From the NCBI GenBank assembly GCA_965603825.1, contig CBFDEM010000056.1, positions 186,001 through 250,000 on the forward strand: a stretch of DNA of 64,000 bases, read 5' to 3'. The position numbers and the translations under genes were made by a program. Below the pieces are notes generated by a model that was not told the DNA's origin, did no database searches, and worked only from the letters and a program-made list of their open reading frames with translations. Source of the stretch: Blepharisma stoltei ATCC 30299 (Eukaryota; Protista; Ciliophora). Below, in pieces: positions 10,969 to 23,695 of this stretch. Each line of letters begins with the position of its first letter. The first letter of the stretch is position 1.

Positions 10969-11568
10969 ATGGACCAGGACGCACAAACCTCTGTTACCCG
11001 CTGTCCTTGTTGTGGAGGCATCCAAAATATTTCTGCTAAACCAAAATCTGATCCTTTACCTCACAAATATGCAATTCAACGTAATAAAGATGAACTTTGT
11101 AATTTAATCACATCTGGAGTCGATGCGAACGTAATTTCAGAAGTTGATTTTGCGACACCTTTGCATCGAGCTGCTGAGAGTGGGTCATTAGAATGTGCTC
11201 AGGTCCTAATAGCTCACGGTGCTCTGCTTAACTTAACAGATTCTGCGGGCAAAACAGCTTTACATATTGTAATATTAAATTAGGCTGCTGAGCATGGACA
11301 TGTTAATTTTGTTGGTTTCTTAATAGAGAAAGGTGCTAAAAAACTGTGCTGTAAGGGCTGCAGAAAATGCTCAATGTACTGTAAATTAGCCTTGAGGAAA
11401 AAACAAAAGAAAGAAGCATCTAAAATTTTGACGCCTCCAGATTCAGAAGACGAACAAGAAAATGACCTTGATAAGCTTGATTTTATGGCAGAACTTGAAA
11501 AACTGAGGCCATCTCTTGGAAGTATTTGTGTGAATAAGCTAGGAGATATAATAGACATCTCTAAGTAG
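10969..11568 (+). CDS. Small ankyrin-repeat protein with Cys-rich segments
   Basis: ATG at 10969 and TPLHRAAESG. Splicing 11269-11283 restores the ankyrin motif GKTALHI|AAEHGHVNFVGFLIEKGA. Ends at TAG 11566-11568. Confidence 0.85.
11269..11283 (+). other. 15-nt intron GTAATATTAAATTAG
   Basis: Removing it restores a canonical ankyrin TALHIAA motif. Confidence 0.92.
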
Positions 11569-11846
11569 TTTAAAATTTAAATTAATTTAAGCTTCACACA
11601 ATTTTTCTAACTAAATATAAATCATTAGGAAAACCGGCTGGCTAATTCTTCATATTATATGGCAAATTATAAATTATCATCAAAACCTCCGACTGATTTT
11701 TTAAAAAATGTCAGGATCCAGCAAAGCTGAGTAAAAACACAGCTATGCATCTCTATATAAAATACCATTATGATAATCTCTTATATATCTCCCTAAAACA
11801 TCTATTAAATTCTTCCTTATCAGTATAATCAATATTTAATTTTACA

Positions 11847-12518
11847 ATGTATTACAAACCATACGGGAAACCTTCATCTCTTAACCAGTCAACAGTATCT
11901 TTACACAAAAAAAGCAATTCTTCTTTGCCTTCTCTACTACAAATAACAAATCCAAAGCCGAAAGCAAAAGAAAAAACAAAATTTATCCGTAAAAAGCTAG
12001 GAAGGACAAATTCAGTCATTAATTTTTGAAATCCTTCACCGTCTCACAAAATAAGCAGCCATAATGAAAAAATCTTTACACCTATTATATCTAATTTCCA
12101 ATCGAGAGGAAATAGCCCGAAAAATTATTCGAAGGGATTTGAATTATGTTATAAACTGTATCCAAGGCCATCTTTTATCTCAGGAACAGAAATAAAAACT
12201 AGTAAATGCAAAAAATCACTGAGAATTGATTATGATTTTAGTAATTTTGATACTGAGAGGTCAATACAGGCAGGAAATTATGGGAGGCCTACATCAATAT
12301 CTAGGAGAGCTTTAGGAAATTTAATTAGTGACCAAGAGATAGTGCCGCTGACACCAAATATGATTGGAAAATTAAATGCCCCGACGAGCTTTTCAAGAAT
12401 GGCTGAAGATTCTGATAAAGATATGAAGTCTGATATAGAAAAAATATTAGAAAATTTACAGAGTAGTAGAGCTAGAAAACGTAAGTTTATTATGAGAAAT
12501 AGTCGTAAATCTTTGTAA
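11847..12518 (+). CDS. Hypothetical basic, Ser-rich protein, about 223 aa
   Basis: Reading TGA 12027-12029 as Trp extends the ORF without a stop to TAA 12516-12518. Confidence 0.7.
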
Positions 12519-13009
12519 AATTAAATTAAGCATATTATATTTTATTGGTTTGATCTCAATATAAATCATTTTATAATTAAAGTAATCTAATTATTTTAAA
12601 AACTGAATGAGAACCTTTAATTTGCTTATTTAATACAGTTTTTTATTGGTTAATACATATATATTTAGAATGTAAAATCTTTATTTTAGCGACTTTTATT
12701 ATTAAATTGTCACAAATGTACATGATTAATAACTTATTAATAAATTAAAATGTTTTTTATAATTAATAAATAAACCCTATTTTATTTAAATAAAGAGATA
12801 CGGCATTCTTAAGCCGTTGCACTTCTTAATATAATTAGATTAGAATCCTTTAATAAAATAAAAGTTATAAATGTAAGCCTTCAAATGCAAGAAGTAAGTA
12901 AATCTTATTATTAATTAAGCATAGTTATGTGTAATTTAGGATTTAAATGGGCTCTACTGACTTCAGGTGAATATGAAATTAATTAAATGAAATTATTTAT
13001 AATGATATA

Positions 13010-14308
13010 ATGGGAAATTACTGCTGCACAAGTCGTATTCGTCCAAAATCTGAATCAATATCTAAACCACATAGCCGTTCTCCTTCGAGAGAACTTAGTA
13101 AAAAATCTACAATGACTTCAATAAAAAGTGGTAAAACGAGTCCACGCAAACTACAAAAGCAAAAACCTAAAAAAGAAATTGATGACATATGGCTTCAATC
13201 TAATTCTTCGAAGGACACAAAAAACACTAAAAAAAGGCATAAAACTACAGCATCTTCTTTTCCCTTAGAATTACTAGAAACCCCTAAGCAAAATGCGCTT
13301 AAGAAATTACCTTCGCCAATTACTGAGGCTCCATCAAATGATGAGTTATCAGACTCGTTCTATCATCGAAAATCTATGTCTTTTAACGATTTTAGTAAGA
13401 CAATCTTAGACGAGTCCTCTGAAGAGCTTGAATACTTTTTAGAGCAGGCAAAATCGCTTCCTCAAGCAGACAGAAAAAAGATATTAACTCTCTTAAATAT
13501 TTATAAAAGTGAAATTCCAGAAGACCAAGAAGAAGTTTTTGATGGTTTTGCAGACATTGTGCTGCATGAATCATCAAATTACACGAAGGAAATGAGACTT
13601 CTGTTAACGTCTCACGCAATTTATATTGTGAGCAGCAAAGATATCAGCAGCCTAAACAGAAGAATCAATTTATTAAATATCAGCTTAATCTCAACAGAAA
13701 AATCCTTAACAAATGCAATATTCCATCTGGTTAAATCTGAGCTCCAAGGGGATTTATGGATATCCTGCAGCAATTTAATAGAGGTCATCAAAGGGGTTGA
13801 ATCTGTATATCAGCATCTCATGAGAAGGTATGTCCCAATATTGAAAAATCCATCATTAGGAAATTTGAAAAGTAAATTCAATTCAATGAGCCAAATGACG
13901 ATTCAGTCGAATTTGGCTGATGAAATGATAAAATTTTCAAATGCTATAATTGGAGATGGAAGGATAGGGGAAAATATAGTTTTTCATAGGAAAACCAGAA
14001 GACTCACAAACAGAAGAGCAGAATTAGACTGTATCGCTTTGCTTACAGACATGGCACTTTACTGTTTGAATGTAGAATACAAAATAGAGTCAAGACTTGA
14101 GCTAAAAGATATAAAAGAAGTTACATTATCTGAATCAATGGACCAAGTTATTATTCAAAGAGCAAATGGAGATGAAGAATTGTGGGTACTCCCATCAAAA
14201 TTTGTGACAGAGCTAGAAAAAGCTATTGCAGGTACAAAACAAAAAAGACTTACAGTAGTGATTGGCAATAAATCAGAGATGAATGATTTTGTAAAAAGTA
14301 TTCAATAA
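13010..14308 (+). CDS. Predicted N-myristoylated/palmitoylated protein with two myosin-TH1/PH-like domains
   Basis: MGNYCC N-terminus. RLLLTSHAIYIV..RRINLLNI and IALLTDMALYCL..SRLELKDI resemble TH1/PH-like segments. Confidence 0.75.
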   Translation: MGNYCCTSRIRPKSESISKPHSRSPSRELSKKSTMTSIKSGKTSPRKLQKQKPKKEIDDIWLQSNSSKDTKNTKKRHKTTASSFPLELLETPKQNALKKLPSPITEAPSNDELSDSFYHRKSMSFNDFSKTILDESSEELEYFLEQAKSLPQADRKKILTLLNIYKSEIPEDQEEVFDGFADIVLHESSNYTKEMRLLLTSHAIYIVSSKDISSLNRRINLLNISLISTEKSLTNAIFHLVKSELQGDLWISCSNLIEVIKGVESVYQHLMRRYVPILKNPSLGNLKSKFNSMSQMTIQSNLADEMIKFSNAIIGDGRIGENIVFHRKTRRLTNRRAELDCIALLTDMALYCLNVEYKIESRLELKDIKEVTLSESMDQVIIQRANGDEELWVLPSKFVTELEKAIAGTKQKRLTVVIGNKSEMNDFVKSIQ

Positions 14309-14488
14309 ATATTATATTCTAATATGATATATCAAGTTATTTATTCGTATTTGTTCATAAAATTAATCTGTTGAGAGCTTCACTGTGATAGTTTATTTTT
14401 AATAGTATTTAGATTATGAATTATACGATTTTTCATTATTTTCAATAGAATTTAAAACTAGCAAGCTGCTAAGGTATAGATATAATTA

Positions 14489-14781
14489 ATGGAGCTTATG
14501 CAAATTTTCGAGCCAGAAGGAACCATGAGGTTGAATATGCGTGGCAATGCACTTCTCCTGGAGCTCTGTCCTGCACTTTGCATTTCAAGAAGCATATGAA
14601 GCTTTCCAATACAGCTCATGTTTTTGACTCGATTTTTATCGATCCATGCAGAGAAACAAAAGAAGCAATACTTAAGCTTCTTTCAAGAGAAGATTCGAAA
14701 ATAGCAAACCGAATGAAAATATCATGGCATCCTTTAGCTCGTGCTTACTTGATTCAAAGAATGATATCGAAGAACTCTTAA
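14489..14781 (+). pseudogene. Probable degenerate gene fragment with a Cys/His (B-box-like) N-terminal motif
   Basis: EVEYAWQCTSPGALSCTLHFKKH lies in a frame not continuous with the upstream ATG at 14489. No 15-nt intron restores the frame. Confidence 0.3.
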
Positions 14782-15016
14782 AACATTTTCATTCAAATTG
14801 AAATCAACAACTATAATACAAAACTTTCAAAAATTATTAAAAATAAAGCAATGCCCATAGTAAATTTATTAGCTCAGTCAATAAAGAGCTTACAATGATT
14901 AATGACTCATCGCATGACGGCCGTGGTTTAGTAATAATAAAAATTAGCTAAGAAATTGATTTAATCAAATATCTAATATAAAGCTTATAATATGTGTATT
15001 AAAACTATAAATATGA

Positions 15017-16291
15017 TTATTGGCCTGCTTCAGGCTCGTTTTCATTTGTAATTATTTTTCCATCCCCATTCTCAAATTCCACAATCACGCACGATATATC
15101 ATCAATCTTCGAAGCTTCCTCCTCCACAATTGAAATTCATCGTGTCCTCGCCTCTTCACACAGCAAATGTGCAATGCAGCTATTTCCTGGATTAGTCAAA
15201 GTATTCCCACTCCATCCATCAATCCCCTTTTTGCATTTTTCTCTATAAAACTCTACAAAATTCACTGCATCTTGGTTTGAAAATACGTCCCATATCCCAT
15301 CACTTGCAATTATAGCAAAACAGTCACTACCTTTATTATAAGGCATGCTATAGCAAATTGGCTTAGAAATCACCCCTAATTTTTCTCCAATTTTGTCTCC
15401 AATACATCTGCTCATTGCAAGTCCTGGCTCATCATTATTCATTTCCCATATTCTATAAGGACCGATTTTTTGCCCATTCTTGTCAGTCAGTCTTTGGACT
15501 CTTCCACCGCTTTCCACAATTCTTGTAAGCTCTTCAGAGTCGTCTGGCTTCTGGTCTTTTGAGAGCTGGACTGGGATTATTTTGGTTTCAGGAGTTACAT
15601 TTCTATTAGCATAGGCATTTTCTTGGAGTCGTCTTTCTTCATTTAATGGGCAGGCTTTGACTGGAAATGATACTGGAGGCTGCTTGGTGGCTAATACAGC
15701 CCGAGAATCACCGACAGAAGCTATATAAAAAGTTGAGTTATAAAATAGTCAAAGTACAGCCGTTGAGCCTGAGGTGGTAACATCGATGAATGATTTTGGA
15801 TTTTTTAACTTAATATCGCAGGTGCTAATAATTTTCTTCAGAAAATCAAAAGGGTCGTTCTAATTGAAAAATACTTGATATTGCTGAGTTGAAATATGAA
15901 ACTTACTTGTCACTTTTCCACAAAAATTTGAAATTTTGGTACCGTTTTCTCCATGCCCATCAAACACAGCACCCAAAATACTATCAGATTTTATTGATAT
16001 AAGAGCATGATCTTGGCATTTATTATGATCTAAATTGTTTATATAAACCCCAGGTAATATGCACCCAGAAACTCACATTGTATTAGCATCAATATTCACT
16101 TGAATCGAAGAAACCATTAAAGGATGCGGTAATTCTAAACTTACACTTTGCCTTGTTGACAATCTCCTTAGTGAGTTTCGCTTTTTTATATTTAAATTTG
16201 TACTCATAGAAAATTCTCTCAAAGAGATAGTATTTTCTGATATAAAAGTATTGGCGACAATATTTTTACTTCTGCATTCGCAGCTTCCCAT
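15017..16291 (-). CDS. PP2C/PPM protein phosphatase, predicted N-acylated
   Basis: One frame with TGA=Trp. MGSCEC, CQD, VFDGHG, SGSTA, SVGDSRAV, GLAMSRCIGD, IASDGIWD, DDISC. Confidence 0.92.
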
Positions 16292-16312
16292 TTAATTAAT
16301 TCTTTGTTAAAA

Positions 16313-18184
16313 ATGTCAAGTTCTCATTTAAGGGTGACAGAAACTAAAAGTTACACTTCAAGCAGAATATCCAAGGTTGAGACTGAACATATGACTCCAT
16401 CACAGCTTCCATCAGCTCCTTTGGTTAGCTTTGATTTGCACTTCGATAATTTAAAGGTTATTTTTATTCAGGATTTTCTTAATAGTGTATCACAAACAGT
16501 TAATCAGCATGGGATGATTCTTAGCACTTTGACTGAAGAAATTAGAAGCAGAGTCACTACTACAGAATTAATTGATATTTTTAAAGGTTTTGGTGGATCA
16601 ATTAATGATGAGCTTGGAGAAGTCAGGAAGCATGCACATGGCGATGATTGAAATAATTCTATTCAATATTGTCTCGAAAAAATCAAAATTCTGAGTGAAA
16701 ACGTCAGAGATTTGAATAAATATAAAGCGATAACTGAAGAAAATGTAAAAAATATTAATGAAGATCTCAGTCAAAAGGCCACAATTAATTTTGTGAAATC
16801 TTTCGTTAAGGCTAAAAAAAAGAAATTACAAAAAGAGGTAAAAATTAGCTAGACCCAAGATGGATTGAAAAAACTCCAAATCGAGATGGCACAAAATGAT
16901 GGAAAATTGGCAGAAAAAATAATGGAGCTTGAAAAGAAATTGGCTGACTTAGAATTAAATACTCTATGGAAAATAAAGGATTGCGAAGAGCTATTAAAAG
17001 TTAGAGTCAATGAAAAATTTGTATATGATGCCATACATGGGATTGAAGACAAAATAAAAAGAGAATTAATCCAATTTAACGAAGGAAGTATGTCGAAATA
17101 TGATAAAATTATCAAAGATTTGCAAAAAGAAACTGAAAAATTTGAGCATGATTCTTTAGGAAAATTCAAAAATTTAAAAGATGATATCAAAAACTTACAG
17201 GAACTCCTAAACAGGAAAAGCGATAAAGAAGTTTGTATTAGAGAAATCGACGAAATAAAATCAATCCTTCAATCTATAAATTTAACTGAATTTCATGGGA
17301 AATTCCACGACATAAATATAAGAATTGACAAATTTGAAGAAAAATTTCGAGACCTTAAAAATATGATTCCACAAAATAGTAACTTAGAAGACGATATTGA
17401 CTTATTGAAACAAATTATTAACCATTTAAAAGATGATATTGATAAAAAGGTTGATAAAAGTATGATTGAAGAATTTTTAACGAAAAATATGAATAAAGAC
17501 CATCCTCCTGTAGCTCAAGAAAAAATTGATATGAATGAATTCTGGAAGTTTAGAGAAAGAGTCATTGAACAAATTAAAAATTTAGAAGCCAGAGTTGAAA
17601 AATTAGGAAAATTAGCAGATGTAAGCTCTTTAAAGAAGCTTGTTAATACTAAAGCTAATGATGATGAGCTTAAAACTGGCTTGGGATCTCATGAATTTAA
17701 AATTAATGAAATCGAACGAGAAACAGCTAAAAATTCAAAAGAGTTAGAAAACTTATTAGCAAATCTTAGAAAGCTCCAAGCGACCATTTCAGAAATGAGT
17801 CAAAAATCAGGCTTCGCTTTAGTAGGCAGAAAAACTTATTTGCCCAGCAACTGCTTATCATGTGGAAGAGGAGATGCAAATTATGCTCCAGTCCAGCCTC
17901 ATGTTTTAGGAAGGGACGGAAGATTATATAAAGCTGAAACTGGAGCTAAGACAACAGACTTCAGTTACATAGGAAATGGAGAATATGATATCGGCAGCGA
18001 AGTCTTTTCTATTGATACTCACGAACAATTTCACTTCAGAAAAGTAATTGAAGAAGGGTCTCCTAGCGACTCCAGACAATTTAAAGCGCCACTAAATGTA
18101 GTTTTAGGTAAAGAAGTCCAAAAAAGTTTGATGAATACTTCACTTACGAATAAAAAAATCAGACCATTGAGCGCCAAAAGATAA
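16313..18184 (+). CDS. Long coiled-coil protein with a C-terminal CLSC motif
   Basis: ATG at 16313. TGA=Trp at 16649 and the intron at 16838-16852 join it to ORF 16865-18184 in frame. Confidence 0.8.
16838..16852 (+). other. 15-nt intron GTAAAAATTAGCTAG
   Basis: Phase 0 with A at position 10. Removing it deletes the only in-frame TAG. Confidence 0.85.
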
Positions 18185-18322
18185 TCATTTTAAAAGGATT
18201 TATTAGATTTTTCATTAATATTCAGCCTTATTTTAAGACCCTAAATAATAATTTCGCCTTTTTCTTATTAAAATATGATTTCATATTCTGTTTGATTTTT
18301 ATCTCAAAATCTAAATTAAATA

Positions 18323-19828
18323 ATGGAACAAAGGCTCACTCCCAGGAAAGCTGAAGTACGTGAAAGGCCACAGATTTCATCATCAGCACGAGAAAGGGCA
18401 GAAGCAGCAAAAGCGTTTATTGAACAGAAATATTCCAAACTTAAACAAATAGAATCAGAAAAGCGCGAAGGGTGGGATCAATTAGCCCAAAAAATGAACG
18501 AACTAAGCCTATCAACGACTGAGCAAGAAATAATCCGACAAGAAATCCTGCACAAAGAAGCAGAGCAGCTGAGACAGTCTCGAAAGCGGATTTCAATTTT
18601 TGATTTTGAACCAATTGCAATAATAGGAAGAGGCGCATTTGGCGAGGTAAGGGTGGTTAGAAGCAAATTGTCAGGTGAAATATTAGCTTTGAAAAAAATG
18701 AATAAGTCTGAAATGGTCAGGAAAAATCAAGTCCAACACGTCAGAGCTGAAAGAAATGTCTTGGCCAAGGCAAATAATCCTTGGATCGTTGAGCTGAAAT
18801 ATTCATTTCAAGATGACAAATATCTGTATCTTGCTATGGAATATCTTGCTGGTGGCGATTTAATGAATATTCTGATAAAGAGAGACATTTTGCCTCAAGA
18901 TGAAGCAAAATTTTATATTGCGGAAATGGTTTTAGCTGTTGATTCTTGCCACAAATTAAATTATATTCATAGAGATTTAAAGCCTGACAATGTATTAATT
19001 GATAGTGCAGGACACATAAAACTGTCTGATTTTGGTCTGTGTAAACTGAGCGAAATACAAACTGATAACCCTTATAGAAATTTGCGTAAACTTGAAGAAG
19101 ATGCGAGAAATAAACAGTATATAGAGAGGAAAAGCGATTTTAGGAGAAACCGAGCACTAGCGTATTCCACTGTAGGGACACCTGATTATATAGCGCCGGA
19201 AGTGTTTGGAAAAGAAGGCTACACGGAATCAATAGATTGGTGAAGTGTAGGAGTCATTTTATTTGAAATGGTTGTTGGATACCCTCCATTTTTTTCCGAC
19301 GAACCTTCTATTACTTGCCAAAAAATTCTTCATTGGCAAAAAACACTTGTAATTCCAAGAGAAGCAAATTTGAGACATTCTACAGTGGATTTAATTAGAA
19401 AACTTGTATGTGATGCAGAAAATAGGCTAGGAAATAGAGGAGTTGAAGAAATAAAGACTCACCCATTTTTCGCAGGAATTGATTGGGAAAGCATAAGAAA
19501 CACACGAGTTCCATGGGTTCCTGAGGTATTTTTCATTTAGCTAAGAAACGAATGAGACACAGCACACTTCGACAATTTTGAAGAAACCGAGCCTTTCTAC
19601 CCTCCAGAAGCTGCCAAAAAGCGAAAATCCAAAAAGGACAACAACTTCATCGGGTACACCTACAAAAAAGACGACGAAAACACCAGAACTAGCCTGGCAA
19701 CAGCTCTACAAGAATTAGATGCAATAAAATACTCAATGCCTAGCCCTAAAGTAAATTCCCAGCCCCAAGTCCAATCCAAAAGATTTGTAATAGACCCCGA
19801 CGAATTTTACTCCAGCAAGCCATATTAA
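18323..19828 (+). CDS. NDR/LATS-family AGC Ser/Thr kinase (STK38-like)
   Basis: N-terminal Mob-binding region, IGRGAFGEV, HRDLKPDN, DFG, LAYSTVGTPDYIAPE and DW(TGA)S. Intron at 19526-19540, then DTAHFDNF and hydrophobic motif FIGYTY. Ends at TAA 19826-19828. Confidence 0.95.
19526..19540 (+). other. 15-nt intron GTATTTTTCATTTAG
   Basis: Removing it restores the AGC tail PWVPE|LRNEWDTAHFD. Confidence 0.92.
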
Positions 19829-19873
19829 ATTTACATACCAGTTTGCATTAGAGAATTTACCAAAAATCCGGAA

Positions 19874-21247
19874 TTATTTCCTTGAGATCCTTGTAAACAT
19901 CTGGCTGTCTTCCATTTCTTCTTTAACTGCAAATAATTCTTTTTTGAATCCCACTGAGGGTGGTGCTGATTCTCCCATATCATAAGTCATCCTCCTTTTC
20001 CTTTCTAAGTTCTTCATAATGTGAGGCCACAAGTCAGGCATGTTTTTGCTTTGGCGGTGGAATTCCCCTACAGAGGATTTGTGGTAGAATAAGAGGTAAG
20101 CTTTATCATTGACAATTTCGGACTCTTCGGTTTCACAGACGTCTTCGTCGTCGAATTTGTACCATTTATTGTCTCTGCAATTGCGGGCGACTGCGTAGTA
20201 GTGGCCCGCTTTGAGCTTGCCTTCGTGGTCGATTTTGGCAAAAAGGTCGTAGATTGGTGGTTCTTTTTGTTCACTAGATACAAAGCCGGATAAATCTAGG
20301 CCAACTACAGGAAAGTCAACAAAGGCTTTATTTTTGCCGAAGTTTCCTTGAATATATTTAAATCTTTTTAAGTGGATAATTAAAATAGGTGGGACTTTCC
20401 ATATATCAAACTTTTTATTAGAAACCACAGGCCTTTCACATTGTGGACAAATCCAGCCTTTTTCCAAATTTTCGTCCTTAGTAAATTCATTTAAGCATTC
20501 TTGAAGGGTTATCATTCCCGTCAATTTGGTTAATGGTAAACTTAGATACATAAACACGTCAAATTTTCTAGAAAGATAAGAGCATTCTTGGCATACCAGA
20601 GTTGATTTTAGCTGGCCTTGAAAAAGATCCACAATTACTGAAGAATTTCCTTTTAAATGATCCTGCCAAGCTTTTGCTGCTAAGAGCTCTTCACTATTTC
20701 CAGAAATCTTTAAGCCGTTTAGCATTGGCGATTTTCCAACCCTATTTAAGTCTTCATGCATCTTGTCAAGCAAAAAAGAGAGGAATTCGTGCACATCTTG
20801 TTCAGTTTCACGATCAAATTGTGATCCATATTTGTATATGGTCTCGACCAGGTTTTTGGGGACAATGCAGTCATAAGACTCTATCCATTGGGTTGTTATT
20901 ACTTCTGCGACAGAAAGGGTTAATTCACCTTGAGTCCCATGCGGATTATGCATATTGATTTCGTCTTCATACACCCCTGATAAAAAATAATCAGTGAGAG
21001 GCTGACAGTTTGAAAGGCACTGTAATGCTGAGTTCACAAAGCAAGTTTTCCCTAGATTTTCAAGACCTCCAACACCAAAAAGTGCTTCTTTTTCTACATG
21101 AGTGCTATTGAAGCGATTTGCGATTGAAATGTAGCCTTGAGTGATTTTCGCTGGAGGTGCGGTATCAGTGGAATTTTCTGTAGAGTCTTTTTTGGCTAAT
21201 AAATCTTCATTTTGTTCAACGGATCTGCTGCAGCAGCCTGCGCCCAT
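19874..21247 (-). CDS. Ubiquitin-specific protease (peptidase C19), predicted N-acylated
   Basis: ATG at 21247 (MGAGCC). Cys box GLENLGKTCFVNSALQCL, QDVHEFL, IHLKRF, His box HEGKLKAGHY and WYKFDD. Confidence 0.93.
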   Translation of the reverse strand: MGAGCCSRSVEQNEDLLAKKDSTENSTDTAPPAKITQGYISIANRFNSTHVEKEALFGVGGLENLGKTCFVNSALQCLSNCQPLTDYFLSGVYEDEINMHNPHGTQGELTLSVAEVITTQWIESYDCIVPKNLVETIYKYGSQFDRETEQDVHEFLSFLLDKMHEDLNRVGKSPMLNGLKISGNSEELLAAKAWQDHLKGNSSVIVDLFQGQLKSTLVCQECSYLSRKFDVFMYLSLPLTKLTGMITLQECLNEFTKDENLEKGWICPQCERPVVSNKKFDIWKVPPILIIHLKRFKYIQGNFGKNKAFVDFPVVGLDLSGFVSSEQKEPPIYDLFAKIDHEGKLKAGHYYAVARNCRDNKWYKFDDEDVCETEESEIVNDKAYLLFYHKSSVGEFHRQSKNMPDLWPHIMKNLERKRRMTYDMGESAPPSVGFKKELFAVKEEMEDSQMFTRISRK

Positions 21248-21549
21248 TTTACTAAGTTCAAGTTTATTAGAAAAAAGAAAGTTTTGGAAAACAAAAGTCA
21301 AATATGCATAATTTGATTTAATTTTTTACTTAGCTAGCAGAATTATATAGGTTTTGTATATTATAAATAAATAAAGAAATAAAAGTGAAATATTTAAAAT
21401 TATCATTGCTAAAGCCAACAAAAAATCAAAATAATTTACACTTGCGATTCTAATTAACAAAATCAGTTATAGCCTAGGCAAAAAAGGCTTATATTCTATA
21501 TTAAATAATCAGAATTTATATTTCAAATATTTATATTAAATATTAATGT

Positions 21550-22821
21550 TTATACAATGTTGCTACGTCTCATGCAATTCATTCTTTTTAGTTTCTGTTT
21601 TCTATCTTGACTATTAGAAGATGAAAAAGAAGAATTTATTAAATTTGCAGTAAAAAATGGTAACCTCAATGCTTCATCAGCGGTAGGTCGACGAGTTGGG
21701 TCTTTTTGTACAAGTTTCAGAAGAGTTTCAATAGCTTGTGCGGTAATATTATTTCAGCTTGAGCCTGTGCATTCTATTGAACATTCCCTATTTTTTCGAA
21801 TAATTTCGTTTACCGATTTGCTACTAAACGGTAGCCGCTGTGACAACATTGCATAAAATACTATGCCAGCACCAAAAATATCTGCTTTATGGCTTCAAGG
21901 TCTTTGGCTTAATACCTCAGGAGCGATATATCCAGGAGTTCCACAAGAATTTTCCATATTTTCTGTAGTTTTACATGCAATCCCAAAATCAATCAGTTTA
22001 AAATCTTCATCATTTTCGTTGGACACTAGTATTAGATTATCTGCCTTGATATCTCTATGGATAACACCCTTTGAATTTAGATATGACAAAATATTTAATA
22101 ATTTTGACATTAATTTTACAGCAACTTTTTCTGAGTAAGGGCCTTTATTGCGGATTCTTTGGCAAAGATTGTCGCCTGCAAGATAATCAAAAACTAGATA
22201 GACATAGCCGTCAGATTCGTAGACTTTATGAAGCTTAGCTATACCTGGATGGTTTAGCTTTCTTAATATGGAGATTTCGTTTTTAATTATTTTTTTAGCT
22301 TCATTTTGATTAGAAAACTGAGATTTATTTATTGCTTTTATAGCAAATTCTTTGTTGGTGCTCTTGTCAATAGCCAAATAAACTAGAGAAAAAGTGCCAT
22401 GGCCGATTTTTTTGATAAAATCAAAATCGTCTTCTATATCATTACAGATCCCAATTTTTGATAAATGGAAAAGCCATTGGTCTAAGTGGACAGAAGAATC
22501 TGTATAAAAATCTTTATTAAGTTGTCCTTCGCTTAAATTAAATCCATACCTTTGGTTTTGGTCTGAAGATTCATAAAATGGCTTAACCGTTTTCCAGCAT
22601 ATGGAAATTTCATTTTTAAAATCTAATTCGTTTTCCATATACATATATAATTTTTTTTTTGTAAGGAGAAATTTCTGACGCTTTAAAAATCCTCATTTAG
22701 TAACAACCCATAAATAATCAGTAAAGATTTCATTCTTTGCTTTTATAGTGCGTGCTGCTTGCGATTTTACCCAAAATTTTTCTTTTGCGTTTCCCTCTGA
22801 AATATTGACTACAGAATTCAT
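21550..22821 (-). CDS. CAMK-type Ser/Thr kinase with an N-terminal PH-like region
   Basis: One frame with TGA=Trp. IGHGTFSLV, AIK, HRDIKADN, DFG, GTPGYIAPE, KADIF and DPTRRPTADEAL. Confidence 0.9.
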
Positions 22822-23695
22822 TTTAATAATTATGGTGGTAAATCTACATTTGGGTTTATTGCTTTGTAAATTTATAATTTAAATCAAGCGGCTGTTACAA
22901 ATATTGCTTGATTGCTTGAAATTTGACTAATTTAAGCTAATAATTTTTAATTATGAGAATGATGAAGGCTATTTAGTCACTTTGCATAGCTTCAATTATT
23001 TTTAGAGTTTTCAAAATTTAGTCATTCTGGAGGATTTATTTTTATAATTTAGCTTAAATTTTATAAATTTCTATATCACATTTAGTTAAATTTTTAAGCT
23101 GTCATAATTTATTCAAGTTCAAAGAAGATGAGATCCTTCAGTTAAAGGATATCTAATGCATTTAATATTAAATAGATAAAGAAATTTTATTATGCTCTCC
23201 AATTAATGGAGTATGACTATTGTGAAATCATAAAAGTTTTCTAATAAAAATATATAATTGGAATTCCAAAACTTCAAATTCGAAGCTTAAGCTCATCAAT
23301 CTTAGCCATCGGTTTTTCATTCAGAAATTAAATTTAAAGATTTCATTTTTATTTTTGAATATTTTGCTTATTCAAGATAAATTCCGAATGATAAAAATAC
23401 ATAATTTTAAATGGCAGCACTTAAGGGCTACCTCTCTTAATTGGATTCAATATGTTTCTTGAGGATCCTTAATCAAGAGATGTGATTTTCAAGAGTTTAG
23501 AGTCTGGACGGACTAGGCTAGCAGCTTGCACTATCTGCTAGAGTTACTTTTGAACAAAACTTGGATTATTCTTTCTTTTAAATGTCTTATAATTAGATCT
23601 TCATAGATGTCTTAATGCAAGCTTTTTGCTTAAAAAATAATAATATAATTTAGCATTATAGAAAAAGTTTTCTTTTAGAAGAAATGCATAGTCTC

